Shown here one piece after another: positions 1 to 9,509 of a stretch of DNA of 64,000 bases (within the stretch, counting starts at the first letter, position 1; the number at the start of each line of letters is the position of its first letter). The position numbers were made by a program, and so were the translations under genes. The notes beneath the pieces were generated by a model that had not been told where the DNA came from, did not search any database, and worked only from the letters and a program-made list of their open reading frames with translations. Source of the DNA: Roseibacillus sp. (GTDB lineage Bacteria; Verrucomicrobiota; Verrucomicrobiia; Verrucomicrobiales; Akkermansiaceae); assembly GCA_965242925.1 (NCBI GenBank), contig CBDEUM010000018.1, forward strand, positions 1 through 64,000, written 5' to 3'.

Positions 1-66
1 GACGGCGAAGAAGTGACCGGTTCATACTGGTCTTCGGAACCGCGATCGATCACGGGAAGAAGATGA
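1..66 (+). CDS. 3' end of an upstream CDS (partial, product unknown)
   Basis: Frame 1 is open from base 1 (DGEEVTGSYWSSEPRSITGRR*). Its TGA at 64-66 overlaps the next ATG at 63 (ATGA coupling). Confidence 0.45.
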   Translation, partial: DGEEVTGSYWSSEPRSITGRR

Positions 67-1325
67 AGAAATACCATCTGCTGCTTGGCGGAGTTGTTCT
101 GGTTCTCGCGGCCATTCTGTTCTGGCCGCGCGCCAGGGAGTCCGGAGGGGAAGCCGGAGGAAAAGTAGAGGAACCTGCCCTCCCCTGGTTCAAGGGCAAT
201 ACGCATACCCACACACTCTGGAGCGATGGGAATGATTTCCCGGACATGGTGGTCGATTGGTACAAGGAGCAGGGATATGACTTCCTGGCACTTTCGGACC
301 ACAACATCCTGAGCGAGGGGGAAAAGTGGATGAAGACGTCAGCCATCGAGGGACGTAAGAAGGCGGAAGGGCCCTCTGCCCTGGAGAAGTACAGGAAGAG
401 GTTCGGTGACGAGTGGGTGGAAACCCGTGGGGAGGGGGGTAATGAGGAAATTCGCCTGAAGACGTTGGATGAACTTCGCCCCGAGTTTGAGGAGGAAGGT
501 CGGTTTCTCCTTGTAGAAGCCGAAGAGATCACGGACAGCTTCGAGAGGCACCAGGTGCATATCAACGCCCTGAACCTCGAGGAAGTGATTCCGCCCCAGA
601 AGGGCACCTCAGTGGTTGAAACGATGCGCAACAACCTGCGGATGGTCAGGGAACAGGCCGAACGCTTGGGGAAGCCGATCGTAGCCCACCTCAATCATCC
701 CAATTTTCACTTCTCCTTTACTGCGGAGCAACTCGCAGAGGTGATCGAGGAGCAGTTCTTCGAGGTCTATAATGGCCATCCGGGGATCAACCACCTGGGA
801 GATGAGACCCGTCCTGGCGACGAGGAGCTCTGGGACCTGGCCAATGCCATCCGGGTTGGCAAGCTGAAGGCGCCTCCACTCTTCGGGGTGGCGACCGACG
901 ACTCCCACCAGTATCATGGAGGGAACGTCTCTCCCGGCCGTGGGTGGATCATGGTCCGGGCTGAGCGACTGGAGGCCGACCTCCTGATGGAGGCGATGGA
1001 GCGGGGGGAATTCTACTCTTCTTCGGGAGTGATTCTCAAGGAGGCCTCCTTCCGTGACGAGGTCATCGAACTGGAGGTCGAAGGAGAATCCGGAGTGACC
1101 TACTCCACGCAGTTCCTGGGGGTTCTCAAGGGGGAAAAGACCCGCAAGGAGTTTGCGATCAGTGAGGAGTTGCGACCGGTTTACCGCCTGCGGGGAGATG
1201 AACTCTACGTCCGGGCGGTGGTGACTTCTTCCAAGGATCATCCCAATCCGTCCTTCTCCGCCCAGAAGGAACAGGCCTGGACCCAGCCGGTGGGCTGGAG
1301 GAAAGCGGTTGATACAGGGGAATAA
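63..1325 (+). CDS. PHP-domain metallohydrolase (CehA/McbA-like) with N-terminal membrane anchor or signal
   Basis: PHP metal motifs WFKGNTHTHT..SDG, LSDHN, NHPN, EVYNG, DDSH; hydrophobic N-terminus. Confidence 0.8.
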   Translation: MKKYHLLLGGVVLVLAAILFWPRARESGGEAGGKVEEPALPWFKGNTHTHTLWSDGNDFPDMVVDWYKEQGYDFLALSDHNILSEGEKWMKTSAIEGRKKAEGPSALEKYRKRFGDEWVETRGEGGNEEIRLKTLDELRPEFEEEGRFLLVEAEEITDSFERHQVHINALNLEEVIPPQKGTSVVETMRNNLRMVREQAERLGKPIVAHLNHPNFHFSFTAEQLAEVIEEQFFEVYNGHPGINHLGDETRPGDEELWDLANAIRVGKLKAPPLFGVATDDSHQYHGGNVSPGRGWIMVRAERLEADLLMEAMERGEFYSSSGVILKEASFRDEVIELEVEGESGVTYSTQFLGVLKGEKTRKEFAISEELRPVYRLRGDELYVRAVVTSSKDHPNPSFSAQKEQAWTQPVGWRKAVDTGE

Positions 1326-1329
1326 CAGT

Positions 1330-1782
1330 TTGAAGAGACGGAAGGCGGTGGTGCTGGTAGCGGAAACTGAGTTTGGTTCGGAGGGTTACCGGGAAACTTT
1401 GGCCCTGCGGAAGCGAATCCTGCGGGATCCCCTGGCGCTGGAGTGGACGGCGGAAGAGGTGGGCTGGGAGCCCAGGGAGCGGCACTTTGCGATGCAAGTC
1501 GATAACGAGACCGTGGCCTGCGTGGTAATCCGGCCGCTGGGGCAGGGAGTAGTCAAACTACGCCAGATGGCGGTGGAGCCGACCCGGCAGGGGAGGGGGA
1601 TCGGACGCGGGCTTCTGAAAGGAGTGGAGAAGATCCTGGTCGCCGATGAATTGGATCGCATTGAGCTTAATGCACGCGATTCCGCGGTGGGCTTTTACGA
1701 GAAGCTGGGCTTCAGCAAGGTGGGGGAAGAGTTTGTGGAGGTGACCATTCCCCACTGGAAGATGGTAAAGAACGTGCGCTGA
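1330..1782 (+). CDS. GNAT family N-acetyltransferase
   Basis: LRQMAV..RQGRGIG acetyl-CoA motif A, LNAR..AVGFYEKLGF, IPHWKM. TTG at 1330 chosen as start because it lies just after the upstream stop. Confidence 0.88.
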   Translation: MKRRKAVVLVAETEFGSEGYRETLALRKRILRDPLALEWTAEEVGWEPRERHFAMQVDNETVACVVIRPLGQGVVKLRQMAVEPTRQGRGIGRGLLKGVEKILVADELDRIELNARDSAVGFYEKLGFSKVGEEFVEVTIPHWKMVKNVR

Positions 1783-1827
1783 CTTTTTGGCTTTCGAGCC
1801 GGGGACCTTCCGCTTACCTCTCAAGGC

Positions 1828-2130
1828 ATGGAACACCACGTCTATTTCTGGATGAAGGAGGAGCGGAAGAACGACGATGACCGGGCGGAGTTCGAGGCCG
1901 GGATGAGCAGACTCAAGGAGTCGGCCACCCTGGAGAGCGGACGGTGGGGAAGGCCGGCGGAGACCGAGGAGCGCCCGGTGACTGATCATTCGTGGGATTA
2001 CGGACTCTCCTTCAAGTTCGCGACCCTCGACGATCATAACGACTACCAGGGTGACGACCCGCACCACAGGGAGTTCGTGGAGACCTTCAAGGACTGGTGG
2101 GACAAGGTGCGGGTAATGGACCTCGGCTAG
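1828..2130 (+). CDS. Dabb family stress-responsive alpha/beta-barrel protein
   Basis: HHVYFW..., WDYGLSFKF, HNDYQ..PHH..FV pattern; 100 aa. Confidence 0.85.
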   Translation: MEHHVYFWMKEERKNDDDRAEFEAGMSRLKESATLESGRWGRPAETEERPVTDHSWDYGLSFKFATLDDHNDYQGDDPHHREFVETFKDWWDKVRVMDLG

Positions 2131-2215
2131 CGGGAAACCGGTCCTGATCCATCAGGTTGGTGGCAGGTTCCGGGATGAGAGGGCCCCGGATCCGGGGTTT
2201 GCTGAGAAGGCGAGT

Positions 2216-3697
2216 TCAGGGTCTCCAGGGCTCGGGTCCTCCCGGCTTTTTCTGGAGAAACTTTGCATCAACTTTCTGGTACCAGGCGTGAAGGTCGTGT
2301 CGCATGGATTTGACGCGTTCCGGTTCCTTCCCGGCAAGATCGGTCTTCTCCCCGATATCCTCCTTCAGGTTGTAGAGGTGGACGCGGCCGTCCTCGAGGC
2401 GCTCGATGAGCTTGTAGTCACCCTGGCGGATAGCTCCACCGGGAAAGCCCCCCTGGTTTGAGTAGTGCGGATAGTGCCAGTGGAGTGACTTGCGGGGGAG
2501 AGTGGTATCCGGATCCTTCAGGAGGGACACGAGGGACTGGCCATCGAGATGCTGCTTGGGTCTGGCGGGGAGCCCGGCAAGTTCGAGGAGGGTGGGGTAG
2601 AAGTCGGTGGAGGTGACCGGATGGGGGCAGACGGAACCGGGCTTGGTGAGGCCGGGAGCGACAATCATGTACGGTTCACGGATGCCCCCTTCATAGAGCC
2701 AGCCCTTGCCGCCCCGCAGGGGCAGGTTGGAGGTGGGACTGCCCTCCGAGGTGGAGAGTCCGCCATTGTCGGACATGAAGATCACGATGGTGTTTTCCGT
2801 GAGGTCGTTCTGATCAAGGGCGTCAAGGACCTGCCCGACCGCAGAGTCCATGGACTCCATCATGGCGGCATACACGGCATGCCGCTGGCGGATGCGCACC
2901 TTGCGCGTCGAGGCCTTTGCGCGCCCGGATTGCCAGACTTGTTCCTCGGGGCCAAATTCGGGGTGTTCATCGGGAGCCGGAAGTGCGGCGGCCTTCTTCC
3001 GGTACTTGGCCACCAGGTCAGGTTTGCCCTGGAGGGGGGTGTGCACCGAATAAAAGGAGAGGTAGAGCAGGAAGGGGCGGTTCTTATTTGATGCGATGAA
3101 CTTGATGGAGTCCCTTGCAAGACGTTCCGGGAGGTGTTCGCCCCGAGGCCCGTCCGGGAGGCGGGGATTGTGATAGGGAGAAAAGAAACTGCGAGGCATC
3201 CCCCTGCTGTGACCGCCGATGTTGACCTCGAAGCCCTGCTTGGTGGGCCAGAATTCCGGCGTTGATCCAAGGTGCCACTTCCCGGCGAAGCAGGTGGCGT
3301 AGTCCGCTTCCCTGAAGGCCTCGGCAAGGGTGTGCTCTTCAAGATCCATCCGGTCGTGCAGGGGCGCGGGCTGGAAGCGTCCCCCCCGGCGACCGGAGAA
3401 GAAATTGGTGGCGTCCGGGCGGGAGGGATGGCGGCCGGTCATGATGGAATACCGGGTGGGAGAACAGACCGGGTTGGCGGCATAACCGCTGGTGAAGCGG
3501 CATCCTGCCGAGGCAATCCGGTCGCAGTTGGGTGTCTCGTAGAAGGAGTCCGGATTGTAGGCCCCAATATCCATATAACCCAAATCGTCTATGAGAAAGA
3601 ACACCACATTCGGGCTCTTCGGGGCGGCAAGGGCGGCGAGGAGTCCGGGGAGGAGCAGTGAGAAGCCTAATACGAGGGCGGGCAGGCGGCGAATCAT
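2216..3697 (-). CDS. Cys-type (formylglycine-dependent) sulfatase, exported
   Basis: PNVVFFLIDDLG, CSPTR..IMTG signature, GKWHLG, SDNGG, LYEGGIR; signal peptide. Confidence 0.95.
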   Translation of the reverse strand: MIRRLPALVLGFSLLLPGLLAALAAPKSPNVVFFLIDDLGYMDIGAYNPDSFYETPNCDRIASAGCRFTSGYAANPVCSPTRYSIMTGRHPSRPDATNFFSGRRGGRFQPAPLHDRMDLEEHTLAEAFREADYATCFAGKWHLGSTPEFWPTKQGFEVNIGGHSRGMPRSFFSPYHNPRLPDGPRGEHLPERLARDSIKFIASNKNRPFLLYLSFYSVHTPLQGKPDLVAKYRKKAAALPAPDEHPEFGPEEQVWQSGRAKASTRKVRIRQRHAVYAAMMESMDSAVGQVLDALDQNDLTENTIVIFMSDNGGLSTSEGSPTSNLPLRGGKGWLYEGGIREPYMIVAPGLTKPGSVCPHPVTSTDFYPTLLELAGLPARPKQHLDGQSLVSLLKDPDTTLPRKSLHWHYPHYSNQGGFPGGAIRQGDYKLIERLEDGRVHLYNLKEDIGEKTDLAGKEPERVKSMRHDLHAWYQKVDAKFLQKKPGGPEPWRP

Positions 3698-3702
3698 GGA
3701 AT

Positions 3703-3708
3703 AGATTA
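3703..3708 (-). promoter_or_regulatory. Candidate -10 box (TAATCT) of a leaderless-type promoter for the sulfatase
   Basis: TAATCT lies 5 nt upstream of ATG 3697; no Shine-Dalgarno. Confidence 0.4.
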
Positions 3709-3804
3709 CGCTCGGCGGAAGTCGCCTTTGGCAAGCCGAATGATGGCATCCGATTCGTATTCTCAGAAAGTTTCGCTTTTGTCTCAGGAAGGCGGTGGCA
3801 CTCT

Positions 3805-3810
3805 TATAAT
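3805..3810 (+). promoter_or_regulatory. Candidate -10 box (TATAAT) for the protease gene
   Basis: Perfect TATAAT 4 nt upstream of ATG 3815 in a GC-rich context. Confidence 0.4.
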
Positions 3811-3814
3811 CGCA

Positions 3815-6800
3815 ATGAAAAGACGATTTTTGGTTCGGTCAGGCAGCCTGATTATTCTTTTCGTTTCCACTGCGCTGCTCTTCCGGGTCTTGGAGCCGCC
3901 CTCTCCCATTTTCCTGCACCGGGAGGCGGGGGCCGGAGAGACCTCGATTGCCTTCGGGGGCAGGGATGCGAGTCCTGTTGCTCCCGTGGTCGCGCCGGGA
4001 GACCTGAACCGTTCTGCGCCGGTTGGGAGACTGGAGCTTCCTCCATTTTCGGCTGAAGAACTCCTTGTCGCCCACCCGCCACGAAAGGGGGCGCCTCTCC
4101 GGTTTGCGGAGGCGCTGCCGGTGAAGATCACGCCCTTGTCCCACGGTCGGTGGGAGTCGCGGGGGGGGCGGGCGCGATGGACGTTCCGGATCGAGGCCCC
4201 CGGGGCCCGTAATCTGAATCTGGGCTTTTCGCGCTTCCGCCTGCCGGGGAGTGCGCGGCTGGAACTGCGGGCTGGGGACGAGTTGCAGGTGCGCCCATTT
4301 ACTGCTGCCGACAATGACGTGCATGGCGAACTCTGGACCCCGGTGGTGGCGGGCGCGGAACTGGAGCTCCTGCTGGAGGTGGCGCAGGAGGAACGGTCCC
4401 AGGTGCAGCTGCAGTTGGCCTCCATCAACCGGGGTTTCCGTCCCTTGCGTTTTGCGGCCGGCTATTGGAAAATCGGCAATTCGGCTCCGGAGGGAAACTG
4501 CCATATTGACGTGGTGTGCTCAGCCACGGAATCCGGTGTGGGTCCGGCGCTCGACCAGTATCGTGACCAGATCAGGGCGGCGGGAGTCTACACCCTGAAC
4601 GGGGAGGACACCTGTTCAGGCAGTGCGGTCAACAATGCACGCAACGACGGGACCCCGTATTTCATAACGGCGGATCATTGCGGAGTGCGTTCATCCAATG
4701 CGGCCAGCATGGTGGTCTACTGGAACCATGAGAATCTCTCCTGCCGGACACCGGGCAGCGGCCAAAACGGAGGAGACGGCAATGGTCCCATCAACAACTT
4801 CAACAGTGGAGCCGCAGTGCGTGCGACTTACAGGGCATCGGACATGACGCTGGTGGAACTGGACGACCCGATTGATTCCGATCATGAGGTGTTCCTCGCC
4901 GGGTGGTCACGGACGGGGACTCCCGAGATGGCGGTGAGTGTGCATTTCCCGAATACCTCGGAGAAGCGGATCAGTTTTGATTTTGACCCCCTGCGATCGA
5001 CCAATGACTACAGCACGGGAAGCAATCCGGACGGAACCCACTGGATGGTGATTGACTGGGATCACGGCTCAACCGAGGGAGGGTCCTCCGGGTCGCCGAT
5101 CTACGACCAGAACGGGCGTATGGTGGGGCAGTTGTCCGGTGGTGATGCGGCCTGTGGGAATGATGAGGCAGACTGGTACGGTAAGTTTTCCAGGGGCTGG
5201 GAGGGTGGAGGAGCGCCGGGTTCCCGATTGCGGGACTGGCTGGATCCGGATGAGACGGGTTCGGTGACGCTGGATGGGATCTCGATGGGTCTCGCCCGGG
5301 TCATTGTCGCGGATGCTGAGATTCAGGAAGGAGACACCGGGAGGAAGAATCTGGAATTCACGGTCAGCCTGAGTGAAGCGGTGGACCGGCGGCTCAATTT
5401 CACCTACTCGACTGAGAACGATTCAGCTGTCGCGGGTTCTGACTATGTGGCGGTGTCCAACGTGGACTTTTTCCTCGCGGCAGGTCAGCTCACGAAGACC
5501 TTCTCCATTTCCATCGAGGGGGACACTACCCCGGAGGAGAACGAGAGGTTCCGGGTGGCGCTCTCCCTGCAGGGTGATGCCGCCGTGAATGTGAGTGATG
5601 CGCAGGCCTGGGGGACAATCACCAACGACGATTTCATTGGTCCCATCCTGGTCGGTCCGGCAGTGGTGAACGGAAGGGTGGGGGAAGATGTTGTCGTCAG
5701 CGTGGTGGTGGAGAATACTCCCACTGCGTTCTCACTGAGCGGTGCGCCTCCCGGCATGGAGATTGACGGACAGGGCGTGATCAGCTGGATCCCTCCGGTC
5801 TCCGGGGATTTCGAAGTGACCGTGACGATTGCCAATGAGGGCGGATCAGCAGAGGGCAGGATCAGTTTCACGATTTTGCCGAACTCCCTCGACCAGGCGC
5901 TCGATTCGCCGGGTGGGATCGAGTTGAGTTCGGGTGGTGCTGCCCCTTTCCGCCTCGATAGCAGCAGTGACTCGCGGGGGGGAAGCAATCGGGCACAGAG
6001 CGGAGCCATTGGGGATAACAGCGCGTCCTGGCTGGAAGTGGTGGTGGAAGGTCCCGATTACCTGGGCTTCTGGTGGAAGGTGTCCAGTGAGGCGGACTAT
6101 GATTTTCTCCGCCTCACGGTAGATGATGAAATGCGTCAGGAGATTTCAGGGATCAGGGACTGGGACTACCAGGTGGTCGCCATTCCGCCCGGGCGGCATG
6201 CCGTCCGCTGGACATACAGCAAGGATGGAGACACGCAGGAGGGAGCGGATCGCGGATGGGTGGATTTCCTGCAACTGGCTTCCCGGAGCACGCCCTTTTT
6301 GATGGGTCCTGTCCATGTCCGGCTGAATTCCGGTGGTCCGGTGGAGTATCAGTTCCCGACTTCCAGGCCTGGGGCATCCTTTACCCCGGTCCAACTGGGA
6401 TCCGGATTGTCATTGAACGCGGCAGGCGAAGTGGTTGGCACTCCCCTTGCCGATGGTGAGTTCAGTTTCACGCTGAATATCCAGCAGGATGATGAGCAAT
6501 TCAGCATTCCCGCCACGGTCGAGGTCCTGCCCGCTTCAGCGGCCGGAGAAGCGGCCTATCCGGCCGCCGGACCGAACTGGGATCTTGCCTGGGAGACGAG
6601 CGGATCCGGCACCTGGATCTCACAGTCGAACGAGACAAGTGATGGGCAGGCTGCGGCTGCGACCCAGGGCGTACCCCATGACGGGCGGGCCTCCCTCAGC
6701 ACGTGGGTATTCGGTCCGGGAGAGGTAGCGTTCTCCTGGCAGGTCTCCTCGGAGAGAGATTATGATTTCCTGTATTACGAAGTGAACGGGCAGGAGAGAG

Positions 6801-7300
6801 CGTCGCTGACTGGAAGAAGCGGGTGGCAGCAATACACCGAAGAACTGCCTTACGGATGGCATCAGCTCACCTGGGCCTATGAGAAGGATGGGAGTGAGTC
6901 CGGTCGCGATGACACCGGCTATCTTGATCAGATTTCCTTTACCGGGTACACGGGATGGGTGCTGCAGGCGGGAATCGGACAGAAGACGGGAGTAACCCTG
7001 GACCCGGATGGCGATGGGCAGAATCTGCTCTTCGAGTTTGCCACCGGAGGGAGTGCCACCGACTGGGATACGATGCCCATTCCCGTCCTGGAGGACGGGC
7101 AACTAATGCTGGAGAGTATCAAACGGGTCGATACGGGCCTGCATTACGACGCCGAAGTGAGTGAAAATCTCGTGGACTGGAACCGATCCGAGCGAAGCAT
7201 CCTGCGGGACGACGAGCAGGTATTTCGCGTGCGGGATCAGCTGGGAGTGGGAGTGGCGAATGAGCGTTACCTGCGAATGACCGTGCATCCGCAGAAGTAG
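3815..7300 (+). CDS. Modular secreted lysyl-endopeptidase-like S1 serine protease (propeptide, protease, Calx-beta, Ig-like, two beta-sandwich repeats, C-terminal DPDGDG domain)
   Basis: Catalytic triad TADHC / SDMTLVEL / TEGGSSGSP; DWYGK; Calx-beta EGD..FTVSLS..AGSDY..GD..E.NE.F; two W[KQ]VSSE..YDFL..W.Y.KD repeats. ATG 3815 gives a signal/TM N-terminus. Confidence 0.88.
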   Translation: MKRRFLVRSGSLIILFVSTALLFRVLEPPSPIFLHREAGAGETSIAFGGRDASPVAPVVAPGDLNRSAPVGRLELPPFSAEELLVAHPPRKGAPLRFAEALPVKITPLSHGRWESRGGRARWTFRIEAPGARNLNLGFSRFRLPGSARLELRAGDELQVRPFTAADNDVHGELWTPVVAGAELELLLEVAQEERSQVQLQLASINRGFRPLRFAAGYWKIGNSAPEGNCHIDVVCSATESGVGPALDQYRDQIRAAGVYTLNGEDTCSGSAVNNARNDGTPYFITADHCGVRSSNAASMVVYWNHENLSCRTPGSGQNGGDGNGPINNFNSGAAVRATYRASDMTLVELDDPIDSDHEVFLAGWSRTGTPEMAVSVHFPNTSEKRISFDFDPLRSTNDYSTGSNPDGTHWMVIDWDHGSTEGGSSGSPIYDQNGRMVGQLSGGDAACGNDEADWYGKFSRGWEGGGAPGSRLRDWLDPDETGSVTLDGISMGLARVIVADAEIQEGDTGRKNLEFTVSLSEAVDRRLNFTYSTENDSAVAGSDYVAVSNVDFFLAAGQLTKTFSISIEGDTTPEENERFRVALSLQGDAAVNVSDAQAWGTITNDDFIGPILVGPAVVNGRVGEDVVVSVVVENTPTAFSLSGAPPGMEIDGQGVISWIPPVSGDFEVTVTIANEGGSAEGRISFTILPNSLDQALDSPGGIELSSGGAAPFRLDSSSDSRGGSNRAQSGAIGDNSASWLEVVVEGPDYLGFWWKVSSEADYDFLRLTVDDEMRQEISGIRDWDYQVVAIPPGRHAVRWTYSKDGDTQEGADRGWVDFLQLASRSTPFLMGPVHVRLNSGGPVEYQFPTSRPGASFTPVQLGSGLSLNAAGEVVGTPLADGEFSFTLNIQQDDEQFSIPATVEVLPASAAGEAAYPAAGPNWDLAWETSGSGTWISQSNETSDGQAAAATQGVPHDGRASLSTWVFGPGEVAFSWQVSSERDYDFLYYEVNGQERASLTGRSGWQQYTEELPYGWHQLTWAYEKDGSESGRDDTGYLDQISFTGYTGWVLQAGIGQKTGVTLDPDGDGQNLLFEFATGGSATDWDTMPIPVLEDGQLMLESIKRVDTGLHYDAEVSENLVDWNRSERSILRDDEQVFRVRDQLGVGVANERYLRMTVHPQK

Positions 7301-7357
7301 AACGGGTCGACCGGTCAGGGGGGGTGGGTCGCAAACCGCGCCCATGAGGCAGGAGCT

Positions 7358-7398
7358 CTCCCCAATCCCGCCGGGGGAGGATTTGGTTTTGCGGGATT
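7358..7398. terminator. Possible terminator hairpin(s) between convergent genes
   Basis: CTCCCC (7358-63) pairs with GGGGAG (7374-79) and is followed by a T-rich tract; alternative pairing AATCCCGC (7364-71) with GCGGGATT (7391-98). Confidence 0.35.
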
Positions 7399-7402
7399 CC
7401 CT

Positions 7403-8320
7403 CTAGCGGAAGTGGAGAGTGCGCGATGGTTGCCTGCCGAAACCGCGGATCTCAAGGTGGGAACGATAGAGCCGGGCGCAGGAGAAGGCATTGTCCTGCG
7501 TTTCGACCATTCCGTTGAGAGTGAGGTAGTGCATCCCTTCCTTCAGCGCGTAACCGCCGCTGTGTCGGTGACCATTGAAGTAGGCCTTGCAGCAGGGGAA
7601 TCTGCTCAGGAGCTCGTGCAGTGCTAAGCGGTTCCAGCTGCAGTGCACCTCCTCGGGGAGAACCGGGTGATGGCCAAAGACGAGAACCGATTCCCCGGCG
7701 GTTGTTGCTGCCTCAAGTTGACCGGCCAGCCAGGTGAGCTGTGCATCGCCGGCCCGGCTGTTCCAGGACTGGGCGTAGGATTTTCCGGTCGCACTCAGTT
7801 TCTTGAGTTCCTCTTGGGCCTGTGCAGTCCTGGCATCCTTGGTGGGGTAGCGGTAGGTGCTCACCTCGGTGGTATCGAGGAGGAGGAAGCGGAACCCGGC
7901 TTGTCGAATTCCATAGTAGGTATCCGTGAGATCCAGTTCGGCAGGGACCTTTTCCCTGAGTTCCTCGTTCACCTCGAAGTCGTGGTTGCCGAGGATGTGG
8001 TAGAGACGGGATTTGAGTTTTGCGGTGATGGGCTTGAGGTCGGCGAAGCTCTTGAAGTCCCGGTCGATGAAATCCCCCAGGTGAAAGGTGAAGGCCAGTT
8101 CATGCTGGTTGAACTCGCGGACCGCTTCCTTGAGCTTGCGGGGACTCTCGCGATAGAAGCGCGTCCCGGCCCGTTCCGCGTCCGCGTACTGGCAGTCGGC
8201 CATCAGTCCGAAGGAGAGGAGAGGTTTCTCCTTCGGATTGCTTGTGCTCTCGGCGGAACTCATGGCGGTGGCGGCAACGGTCGAGCCGGTGCCAGCAAGA
8301 AAGCGGCGTCGCGTGGTCAT
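7403..8320 (-). CDS. Tat-exported calcineurin-like metallophosphoesterase (ADP-ribose/CDP-alcohol diphosphatase-like)
   Basis: TRRRFL Tat motif; D-x-Q (ADCQY), LGDFID, GNHD, GHHP, GHRH motifs. Confidence 0.85.
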   Translation of the reverse strand: MTTRRRFLAGTGSTVAATAMSSAESTSNPKEKPLLSFGLMADCQYADAERAGTRFYRESPRKLKEAVREFNQHELAFTFHLGDFIDRDFKSFADLKPITAKLKSRLYHILGNHDFEVNEELREKVPAELDLTDTYYGIRQAGFRFLLLDTTEVSTYRYPTKDARTAQAQEELKKLSATGKSYAQSWNSRAGDAQLTWLAGQLEAATTAGESVLVFGHHPVLPEEVHCSWNRLALHELLSRFPCCKAYFNGHRHSGGYALKEGMHYLTLNGMVETQDNAFSCARLYRSHLEIRGFGRQPSRTLHFR

Positions 8321-8470
8321 GAGGGGAGACGATTGGCTTTTTTTGCCCTGCCGTCCATCTGATACGGCTGGATTGAGGGGAAAACCCGGTGAATCCGGCG
8401 GGTTGGGGAAAGACGGGAGGGAATAGCTTGATCAGGGGGTGGGATTCCGGGGTATAGAGACTGCAGCATC

Positions 8471-9406
8471 ATGAAAAGGAATACTCTGGCCCTCACGCTG
8501 ACACTTTCGATCGGGTTGCTTGCTCCCCTGGCAGCTCAACTCGAAATCAAGGACACCAAGGGAAAGCACCTCGACATTCTCTCCGGTGAGAAGGTGCTTG
8601 TCCGCTACATGTACGAGCATGACATCTCGACTGACGAGAAGAAGCATGCGACCTACAAGCCTTATCTGCACGTCTTCGATGCGGCAGGGAAAGCTCCCAT
8701 CACCAAGGGTCCGGGAGGCCAGTACACCCACCACCGCGGCATCTTCATCGGGTGGAGCAAACTGGGGTTCAACGGCAAGAGTTACGACCGCTGGCACATG
8801 AAGGACGGGGCCATCGTTCACCAGAAATTTCACGAGCATAAGACCGGGGAAAACACATCGGGGATTACTTCGGTCACCCAGTGGCACGACAACGACAAAA
8901 AGCCGATCCTCGACGAGGAACGCACGATGACGGTCTGGATTCCGAAGGAGGGATGGTCCCGTGTGGTGATCTTCTTCAAGAGCAAGCTGACTGCGACCTA
9001 TGGCGATGTGGCCCTGAAGGGGGATCCGGAACATGCCGGCATCCAGTACCGGCCTGCCAACGAGGTGAACCGCAAGAAGACCAAGTATCTCTTCCCGAAG
9101 GAGGAGATCACGTCTGTCAACGTGAAGAAGCACAAGGATCTGGCCTGGATTGCGGAAACCTACTGGCTTGGTGACAAGGCACACAGTGTGGTGCAGTTCA
9201 ACCATCCCACTAATCCCAAGGAGACGGTGCATTCCGCCTATCGCGACTACGGACGCTTCGGCTCCTTCTTCGAAAGGAACATAAAGAAAGGCGAGACTCT
9301 CACCGTGAATTACGCATTCGCGATAGTGGATGGGGAGCTGCCCGCCCGGTCTGAAATCCAGCAGGCCTCTGATATGTATGCTAAGGTGACAGAGGGGAAG
9401 GAATAG
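8471..9406 (+). CDS. Exported DUF6807 ('PmoA-like') family protein
   Basis: Signal peptide; KPYLH, HHRGIFIGW, ILDEER, NHPTNP, RDYGRFG motifs. Confidence 0.7.
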   Translation: MKRNTLALTLTLSIGLLAPLAAQLEIKDTKGKHLDILSGEKVLVRYMYEHDISTDEKKHATYKPYLHVFDAAGKAPITKGPGGQYTHHRGIFIGWSKLGFNGKSYDRWHMKDGAIVHQKFHEHKTGENTSGITSVTQWHDNDKKPILDEERTMTVWIPKEGWSRVVIFFKSKLTATYGDVALKGDPEHAGIQYRPANEVNRKKTKYLFPKEEITSVNVKKHKDLAWIAETYWLGDKAHSVVQFNHPTNPKETVHSAYRDYGRFGSFFERNIKKGETLTVNYAFAIVDGELPARSEIQQASDMYAKVTEGKE

Positions 9407-9509
9407 AATGCTGTGGCGTGTTACGGTCCTCGGGTTGCGGTGCAAATCTGCTGCCGCGCAGCTTCTCTTCTGGTGCTGAAAAACTGTAGTCCAACCGGGC
9501 TGCGCCCGG

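Noticed and set aside
8471..9406. 'PmoA' family label suggesting methane oxidation
   Set aside because: This is a soluble exported DUF6807-type protein, not the polytopic particulate methane monooxygenase subunit; no pmoB/pmoC nearby.
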